Source of the DNA: a bacterium
Lineage (GTDB): Bacteria > UBP6 > JAFGXH01
DNA: 64,000 bases
Direction of reading: 5' to 3'
Assembly (NCBI GenBank): GCA_027064085.1
Contig: JAMOQH010000157.1
Coordinates: forward strand, 706 to 64,705
Positions 58,281 through 64,000 of this stretch are shown here, piece after piece. Made by a program: the position numbers and the translations under genes. How positions within the stretch are numbered: the stretch's first letter is position 1; each line of letters begins with the position of its first letter. The notes under the pieces are model-generated. The model made no database searches, was not told where the DNA came from, and saw only the letters and a list, made by a program, of their open reading frames with translations.

Positions 58281-60542
58281 TTAAATTTTATATCTTTTAA
58301 TGTATATTTCAAGTAAAAATAATAGTATTAATAACAATAACATATAAACATTATCCCAAATAGGAACATATTTTTTTTCTGTAATTTCTGAGATTAATTT
58401 TTTAATTTTAATTTTACTTGCACTTTCATCATAACTTAGTATTTTAATATTCTGATATTTTGATATTTCTGATAAAAACTTTTTATTAATTTGTGGATTG
58501 TCAAATTCTTTGGATTTATCTTTAACAATAAACATACTGTAACTATTTTCTAACAACTTGCCTTTTAGATAAGTTTTAAATTCTATTTTATATCTTCCAT
58601 TTTTCTTAATTTTTTCTAATATTTGGGCTGTTCCAGAATTGTCTAGTTTTACTTCTTTTTTTATTAAAAACTTGTCATTGTCAATATTTGTTATTTGATA
58701 ATATAGTTTATTATTTTTTAATGGATTATAGTGGTAGTCATATGCTTTAATTAAAATGGATAAAGTTTCCTTTTTAGAAATGATGTTAGCATCAAATGAC
58801 ACTTTGATTAATTTCATATCAGGGTCTTTAATTAACCATTTTATTGCTTTATCCCAAAAATAACTATATATTTGCTTATGGGTAATATCTATTAATTTAT
58901 GAAAATTCCAAGTCCATTGGCTATCTGTTGTAATTGCCATTGTTCTTCCGTTTCCTGATTGTATAGTTGCTATTAAGGGATAAGTTTTATTGTTACATAC
59001 TTTATCTGTTTTAGCAATTAAAGTTGCTGTTGGTTTTAATGTCGTTTTATTGAAACCCTCTGATAATGGTAAGCCTGCTAAAGCAGATTTTTGTTTTTTA
59101 TAGTTGTTTGCAAACTTAAAGAATGGAGAGTCTAAACCATTTTTAGTTATTTTATAATGTGTATTTTTATAACAAATACTATCTTTTGCTGATTTTGAGC
59201 TTAAATTAACGGGTAAAATATCTTCTATTGGAGTGCCTTTATAGCCTCCTGCAGTAAAGGAATTTAGGCCTCCTATCATAACAAGTCCACCACCTCTTTT
59301 AGTAACAAAATCTTTAATATTTTGTAGATATGGTGATATTCCATAGGGAGCGTAATTAAAATTTTGTAAAATAATTAAATCAAAACTATTTAATCTATCA
59401 TAAAATAATTCGTGTGCAGGAAAGGGTATAAGAGATAGTTCTCTTTCAGGTACTAAATATACATCATTAGTTGTTCTTAAAATAAAAAATGATACCAAAT
59501 CAACATCTGGATGATTTTTTAATAATTGCCTCATAAATCTAACATCCCAACTAGGTTTTCCAACAACTTGTACAACTCTTATTTTATCTCTTATTACATT
59601 AATTATAAAATCTTTTTTATTATTAATTAGTAACTCTTCATTCTTTTCAGGTGGAATAATTACCGTGTATATGTATGTTCCCACATTTTTAGGTTTAAAT
59701 TTAAATGAAATTTTAATGTTTTTATTATCACTTAAAGAAACAGTTTTTCTATCAATAATTTCTTTATTTCTATACAGAAATACTTTTTTATTTATATTTT
59801 TATATCCAATAGATGATATTTCTAAGTCTATTGAAGTTGTATTTTGTACAAAAGCATAGCTATCATATTGTATTTTTTTAATGAAGATATCTTTTGTAGT
59901 CTTAATTTGTGGTAATATTAAGTTTAAGGGAATTTTATTTTTTATTAATTTTCTTATTATACCCGTTGAGCTTGTTAATTTTTCATCTGTATCAATAAAA
60001 TCAGATGCTATTATTATTGAGGATATTTCATTTATTGTATGATTTTGTAAAAATTTATTTAATGAATATCTTATTCTTGTTTCATCATCTATTGGAGTAA
60101 TCTTATGTTTATTATCAATTGCTTTAAGAGTTGTTCCAATACTATAAAAGATTGTATTGTATTCTTTTCTTAATTTATCAATTATAATTTTATTATTTTT
60201 AAAAAAATAATTTAAATTTTGAAACCTATTATTTTCTGTATTTTTCAGAGGGAGGGTTAATGATTTAGAGGTATCTTTAAAGAAAAATATTGATTTTTTA
60301 CCTTTATTAAATTTAACATACTCTAAAGATGGTTCTAAAAAAATAAAAAGCATTAATAGTAACAGTAGTGATCTAATGGACAATAATAAAATTCTTTTTT
60401 TAGGTAGTTTTAGATAACTATATATACTAAAAATAATAATACCCAAAAATCCAATATATATAAAAATATTTATTGGAGATAAATTTAAATTTAAAAATGT
60501 AAATTTATTATATGCAAATTCACTTAATATTTTACTATTCAT
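58281..60542 (-). CDS. membrane protein with N-terminal double-TM segment and class-I glutamine-amidotransferase-like (GATase1-like) domain
   Basis: Two TM helices flanking 'KLPKKR' (BatA-type N-terminal double-TM pattern). 'RGGGLVMIGGLNSFTAGGY' is GATase1-like. 753 aa. Confidence 0.4.
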   Translation of the reverse strand: MNSKILSEFAYNKFTFLNLNLSPINIFIYIGFLGIIIFSIYSYLKLPKKRILLLSIRSLLLLLMLFIFLEPSLEYVKFNKGKKSIFFFKDTSKSLTLPLKNTENNRFQNLNYFFKNNKIIIDKLRKEYNTIFYSIGTTLKAIDNKHKITPIDDETRIRYSLNKFLQNHTINEISSIIIASDFIDTDEKLTSSTGIIRKLIKNKIPLNLILPQIKTTKDIFIKKIQYDSYAFVQNTTSIDLEISSIGYKNINKKVFLYRNKEIIDRKTVSLSDNKNIKISFKFKPKNVGTYIYTVIIPPEKNEELLINNKKDFIINVIRDKIRVVQVVGKPSWDVRFMRQLLKNHPDVDLVSFFILRTTNDVYLVPERELSLIPFPAHELFYDRLNSFDLIILQNFNYAPYGISPYLQNIKDFVTKRGGGLVMIGGLNSFTAGGYKGTPIEDILPVNLSSKSAKDSICYKNTHYKITKNGLDSPFFKFANNYKKQKSALAGLPLSEGFNKTTLKPTATLIAKTDKVCNNKTYPLIATIQSGNGRTMAITTDSQWTWNFHKLIDITHKQIYSYFWDKAIKWLIKDPDMKLIKVSFDANIISKKETLSILIKAYDYHYNPLKNNKLYYQITNIDNDKFLIKKEVKLDNSGTAQILEKIKKNGRYKIEFKTYLKGKLLENSYSMFIVKDKSKEFDNPQINKKFLSEISKYQNIKILSYDESASKIKIKKLISEITEKKYVPIWDNVYMLLLLILLFLLEIYIKRYKI

Positions 60543-61276
60543 CGTCTATTCTTCAATAAATAATCTACATGAACTTGGTCTGCCTTGTAAGCTAAACAAG
60601 TTGCATACATAATTATATTAACCCCTGTTCTGTAGGCCATTTCCCTTGTTTTATTTCCTTCAGGAACCGAGTATTTCCAGTTACTAAAATCATCTACTGT
60701 GAGTGCTCCTATTATATCATTCTTGGAATATAATATTTCTATTCTGTTGTCTTCTTCTATTATATAAAAATTTGAGCTTATATTTAATCTTCCATATGGT
60801 TTATCAAGCAAGTTAAATGTTCTGTAAATAACATGATCTTTAGGAGCTATTTTTAATTTCTTTTTAGGATATAAGCTCTCAATTAAATTTTCTATAGATT
60901 TATTAAATGTTCCACTTGCTTCATCACTTGCAGAGTCAATAAAGAGCAAACCCCCAAAAGTTAAATAATTTTTTAAATTTTTAATTTCTGTTTTTGATAG
61001 TGAAAATTTTTTATCACCTGTTAAAAATAAAAGAGGATGTTTAAACAGTTTCTTTTTATTTTTTAAATCTATATCAATAATATCAAAAGAAACTTCAATA
61101 CTTGTTCTTTTAGAAACTTCCCAAAGCATTTTTTTTAAACCACTGTTTCTAAAGTTGTAATTTCCAGAATATTTTAAAATCCCAATTTCTAGAAATGATG
61201 ATTTTCCTATTGCTTTTAGTGATTGTGAAAAAAATGGAATTGATAAAATAGATAAAATAAATTGTTTTCTATTCAC
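60539..61276 (-). CDS. DUF4159-like secreted protein
   Basis: Signal peptide present. 'HPLLFLTGDKKFSLSKTEIKNLKNYLTFGGLLFIDSASDE' resembles the DUF4159 core. 4-nt overlap with the downstream gene. Confidence 0.4.
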   Translation of the reverse strand: MNRKQFILSILSIPFFSQSLKAIGKSSFLEIGILKYSGNYNFRNSGLKKMLWEVSKRTSIEVSFDIIDIDLKNKKKLFKHPLLFLTGDKKFSLSKTEIKNLKNYLTFGGLLFIDSASDEASGTFNKSIENLIESLYPKKKLKIAPKDHVIYRTFNLLDKPYGRLNISSNFYIIEEDNRIEILYSKNDIIGALTVDDFSNWKYSVPEGNKTREMAYRTGVNIIMYATCLAYKADQVHVDYLLKNRR

Positions 61277-61278
61277 TT

Positions 61279-61518
61279 TTATGATTCACTGTTTTCATTT
61301 AATTGTTTGTTTGATTCAGAGGTTGCCAATACTTTTTTTTCTTCACTTTCTTCTTTTTTATCATCATCGGTAACACCTTTTTTAAATTCTTTTATACCTT
61401 TACCAAAACCACCCATTAATTTAGGGATTTTACTTCCTCCAAAAATAACTAAAACGATAAATAGAACTATTAGTAATTCTGGTGTTGAGGGCATTGCAAG
61501 TAATATATTTTGATTCAT
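61279..61518 (-). CDS. tatA: twin-arginine translocase subunit TatA/E
   Basis: '[36 protein letters not shown]' is the TatA TM-hinge-amphipathic-helix signature. 79 aa with an acidic tail. Confidence 0.8.
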   Translation of the reverse strand: MNQNILLAMPSTPELLIVLFIVLVIFGGSKIPKLMGGFGKGIKEFKKGVTDDDKKEESEEKKVLATSESNKQLNENSES

Positions 61519-61581
61519 ATTTACCTCAAAAATAAAATATTCGAAATTATATTATATTTATTATTAAATTACAAGAAAGAA

Positions 61582-63156
61582 CTACTGTTCAATATAATCT
61601 TCTTCTACTAGTTTGTCTAAAATAGCATAGGTTTCTTCTTCTGATAGTTCTGTATTTTCTATAATTTCAGATATAGAACTGAAGTTATGAACAAGTTGTA
61701 AAACTTTGAGTTCATTTTTATTTAGCTCATCAAGAGGACTAAAAAGTGGCAACGGAAGAATATATTCATCATCCAAAGGAAATTTTTCTTTTAACTCGTC
61801 TATATTTATTTCTGTTTTATTTTCTTCTTCAACTAAGTCACTACTTACTGCATTTGAATTTTCTTCACTAAGTTTATTAGGTAAACTATCATGTTCTGAA
61901 ATAATTTCCTTAGGCACATCATCTAAATCATCAAGAGCAAAATCATTATCGTCATCGTCTAAATCATCAAGGTTGAAGTCATCATTTTTAGGCTTTGCTG
62001 TTTTTTGAGCATCGTCATCTAAATCATCAAGAGCAAAATCATTATCGTCATCGTCTAAATCATCAAGGTTGAAGTCATCATTTTTAGGCTTTGCTGTTTT
62101 TTGAGCATCGTCATCTAAATCATCAAGAGCAAAATCATCATCGTCATCTTCTAAATCATCAAGGTTGAAGTCATCATTTTTAGGCTTTGCTGTTTCTTGA
62201 GCATCGTCATCTAAATCATCAAGAGCAAAATCATCATCGTCATCTTCTAAATCATCAAGGTTGAAGTCATCATTTTTAGGCTTTGCTGTTTCTTGAGCAT
62301 CGTCATCTAAGTCATCAAGAGCAAAATCATCATCTTCTAAATCATCAAGAGCGAAGATATCATCTTCAGCATCTATGTTTTCATCGTTAAAGTCGTCTAA
62401 GCTAAGAATGTCCTCCGAATCGTCAACATTAACACTTATTTCATCAAAACTATCTAGCATTAAATCATCGTCATCTTCTTCTAATTCAAAGTCTAGGTCA
62501 TCTAAACCAACTTCATCTTCGTACTTTGCAGCTTCAAGGAGGAATGCATCTAAACTAATATTTAATCTATTTCCAAAATCACTAGGATCTTTTTGTTCAA
62601 ATTCAAAAAAACCAGAATCAAGCTTTATGAGCTTGATAAGTATTTTCTTAGGTTCTGCATTACTACTAGTCATAATAATATCTTTAAAGATTCCTTGAAC
62701 TAATTGTATTTCAGCAGAAATAGAACCTGAAGTTATTCTTAAAACTCCTGTTTTTTTACTAGTTGCAAGTAATTGTAATACTTCTGGAATTGGAATATCC
62801 TCAATTGAGCCTGATACTGCATTTGTTCCAATTTTAGCCGCATCTTCCATATTTTGTCCAGTGTCATCACTATCTATAAACTTGGCAATAGATGTTCCAA
62901 TTAATATTCTATCATTAAGCTTAAGCTTAATTTTTTTTATTCTATTACCGTTTACAAAGGTTCCATTGGTAGAGCCCATGTCTTCAAGTATTATATCACT
63001 TCCTGATATACTTATTTTTGCATGTTTTCTTGATACCATATCTTCAGAGAGAACCATTTCTAAATCACTGTGACGCCCAATAACAATTACATTTTTGTCT
63101 AATGGAAATTCACCACCTTTATATTTACCCGAAATAAACTTAAACATTAAAGCCAT
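61582..63156 (-). CDS. FHA-domain + DUF4388-domain protein with long acidic tandem-repeat tail
   Basis: N-terminal FHA 'VIGRHSDLEMVLSEDMVSRKHAKISISGSDIILEDMGSTNGTFVNGNRI'. DUF4388-like 'IPIPEVLQLLATSKKTGVLRITSGSISAEIQLVQG'. About 230 aa of D/E-rich sequence follow, built from a repeated 32-aa unit 'FALDDLDDDAQETAKPKNDDFNLDDLEDDDDD'. Confidence 0.75.
   Translation of the reverse strand: MALMFKFISGKYKGGEFPLDKNVIVIGRHSDLEMVLSEDMVSRKHAKISISGSDIILEDMGSTNGTFVNGNRIKKIKLKLNDRILIGTSIAKFIDSDDTGQNMEDAAKIGTNAVSGSIEDIPIPEVLQLLATSKKTGVLRITSGSISAEIQLVQGIFKDIIMTSSNAEPKKILIKLIKLDSGFFEFEQKDPSDFGNRLNISLDAFLLEAAKYEDEVGLDDLDFELEEDDDDLMLDSFDEISVNVDDSEDILSLDDFNDENIDAEDDIFALDDLEDDDFALDDLDDDAQETAKPKNDDFNLDDLEDDDDDFALDDLDDDAQETAKPKNDDFNLDDLEDDDDDFALDDLDDDAQKTAKPKNDDFNLDDLDDDDNDFALDDLDDDAQKTAKPKNDDFNLDDLDDDDNDFALDDLDDVPKEIISEHDSLPNKLSEENSNAVSSDLVEEENKTEINIDELKEKFPLDDEYILPLPLFSPLDELNKNELKVLQLVHNFSSISEIIENTELSEEETYAILDKLVEEDYIEQ
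61921..62340. repeat. 96-bp direct tandem repeat array (about 4.4 copies) inside the FHA protein gene
   Basis: Unit 'atctaaatcatcaagagcaaaatcattatcgtcatcgtctaaatcatcaaggttgaagtcatcatttttaggctttgctgttttttgagcatcgtc' at 61921-62016. An identical copy at 62017-62112. Copies at 62113-62208 and 62209-62304 are identical to each other and differ from the first pair at 3 positions. A diverged partial copy follows. The repeat is in frame (32 codons). Confidence 0.9.
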
Positions 63157-63326
63157 TACTACCTCTAAAATAATAAAATAGACAAGATAAAGCCCATAAA
63201 ATAAAATAAAGGATATATTATTTATGATTATTAATCAAGTTTTTAGTGTGTTATATGAAAATCATAATAAAAAACATTGAAAAATTATGCTTTAATTGAT
63301 ATTATTTCTTTTTTTAGGAGTAGGTT

Positions 63327-64000
63327 TTGTCGAATTTAACAAAAAGAATACTTTCGGCCATTGTTGGCCTAGCATTTGTTGTGGCAGTTTTAGTTTATGG
63401 TGAAGCATGGTTATGGAAACTTTTAATTTTACATTTAACGATGCTTGGATTAAATGAATTTTTTAAAAATATGGTTACAAATAGGTATCCTAAATACAGT
63501 GATTTAAAGTGGATTTCCATTTTTCTAGGAGGTTCAATCGCTTCTGTAATATTGTTTTATCCGAAATTTTTAGTAATCCTACCTACTGTTTTTCTTTTGG
63601 TTGTGGCTTTATACTTTTTGTTCAATTTTAAAGATATGGAAACAGTTATTGAAAGAATGGGGTATTTAGTTTTAGGAATTATTTATATCGCATTTACTTT
63701 GCCATACATTGGGGTTATTGTTGATTTTCCTATAAGTTCTATTAATGGTAAATATTTATTAATTTTAGTTTTTGCAATAACATGGGGTAATGATACTTTT
63801 GCTTATACTTTTGGTAGGCTTTTTGGTAAACACAAGCTATATGAGAAAATGTCTCCAAATAAAACAATTGAGGGGGCTATTGGTGGTTTGTTAGGTGGAA
63901 CAGGCCTTGCAATTTTAGTTAAAATATTCTTGTTAAAGGATTTATCTTATTCTGATATTTTACTAGTTGCTCTTTTTGCTGGTGCTTTTGGACAAATGGG
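63327..64000 (+). CDS. cdsA: phosphatidate cytidylyltransferase CdsA (3' end cut by window edge)
   Basis: TTG start after AGGAG. Multi-TM protein. The CdsA signature 'SPNKTIEGAIGG' is in frame near the window end. Absent from the ORF track because there is no stop before nt 64000. Confidence 0.75.
   Translation, partial: MSNLTKRILSAIVGLAFVVAVLVYGEAWLWKLLILHLTMLGLNEFFKNMVTNRYPKYSDLKWISIFLGGSIASVILFYPKFLVILPTVFLLVVALYFLFNFKDMETVIERMGYLVLGIIYIAFTLPYIGVIVDFPISSINGKYLLILVFAITWGNDTFAYTFGRLFGKHKLYEKMSPNKTIEGAIGGLLGGTGLAILVKIFLLKDLSYSDILLVALFAGAFGQM

Noticed and set aside
58037-59859. ORFs 58037-58219(+) and 59665-59859(+)
   Set aside because: Antisense inside the 5'-nucleotidase-like gene and the double-TM protein gene.
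61262-63073. Four plus-strand ORFs (61262-61513, 61706-62008, 62375-62698, 62861-63073)
   Set aside because: They are antisense to tatA and to the FHA/acidic-repeat gene. Their Ser/Leu/Lys-rich translations ('SSKSSRLKSS...') are the complement of GAT/GAC-rich Asp codons.

Overview
This is a 64 kb chromosomal window from a very AT-rich bacterium (roughly 70% A+T by eye, not computed). Genes are densely packed on both strands. About 60 protein-coding genes, one tRNA-Phe(GAA) and one conspicuous 96-bp tandem-repeat array are supportable. No rRNA, CRISPR array, integrase or prophage structure is visible.

Recognisable housekeeping genes include: an S41 C-terminal processing peptidase (5'-truncated at the window edge), folD, mfd, recF, aroA, a DEAD-box RNA helicase, ornithine aminotransferase, recX, tlyA-gpsA-tlyC, an HI0933-type flavoprotein, an inositol monophosphatase, glgB, rpoN, a THUMP-type rRNA methyltransferase, ispD, carD/cdnL, folP, an MCP, tatA and cdsA (3'-truncated at the window edge).

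Among these sit accessory-looking blocks:
- An Rpn/PD-(D/E)XK transposase-like gene followed by a cluster encoding a zinc-ribbon/AAA_16 (STAND-like) NTPase with TPR repeats, a DUF72 protein, a prepilin-type protein and a sensor kinase.
- A minus-strand run at 23.7-38.0 kb rich in secreted, lipoprotein and extremely cysteine-rich (EGF-like repeat) proteins. It includes a tight five-gene envelope cluster: Cys-rich lipoprotein, small membrane protein, LolA-like protein, outer-membrane beta-barrel candidate and flavoprotein.
- A YgeW-like 'knotted' carbamoyltransferase paired with a TrpB-like PLP enzyme.
- A six-gene co-directional cluster at 55.6-63.2 kb: an FHA-DUF4388 protein with a repeat-encoded acidic tail, TatA, a DUF4159-like protein, a double-TM/GATase1-like membrane protein, a 5'-nucleotidase-fold protein with degenerate metal-binding motifs fused to a beta-barrel-like tail, and a small Lys/Val-rich secreted protein.

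The domain repertoire (FHA+DUF4388, PEGA, PilZ, HDOD, hemerythrin, sigma-54, CarD, Cys-rich repeats, prepilin) suggests a low-GC member of, or relative of, the Bdellovibrionota/Myxococcota-like lineages. This is inference only. All functional calls rest on motifs read by eye, and no database search was run.
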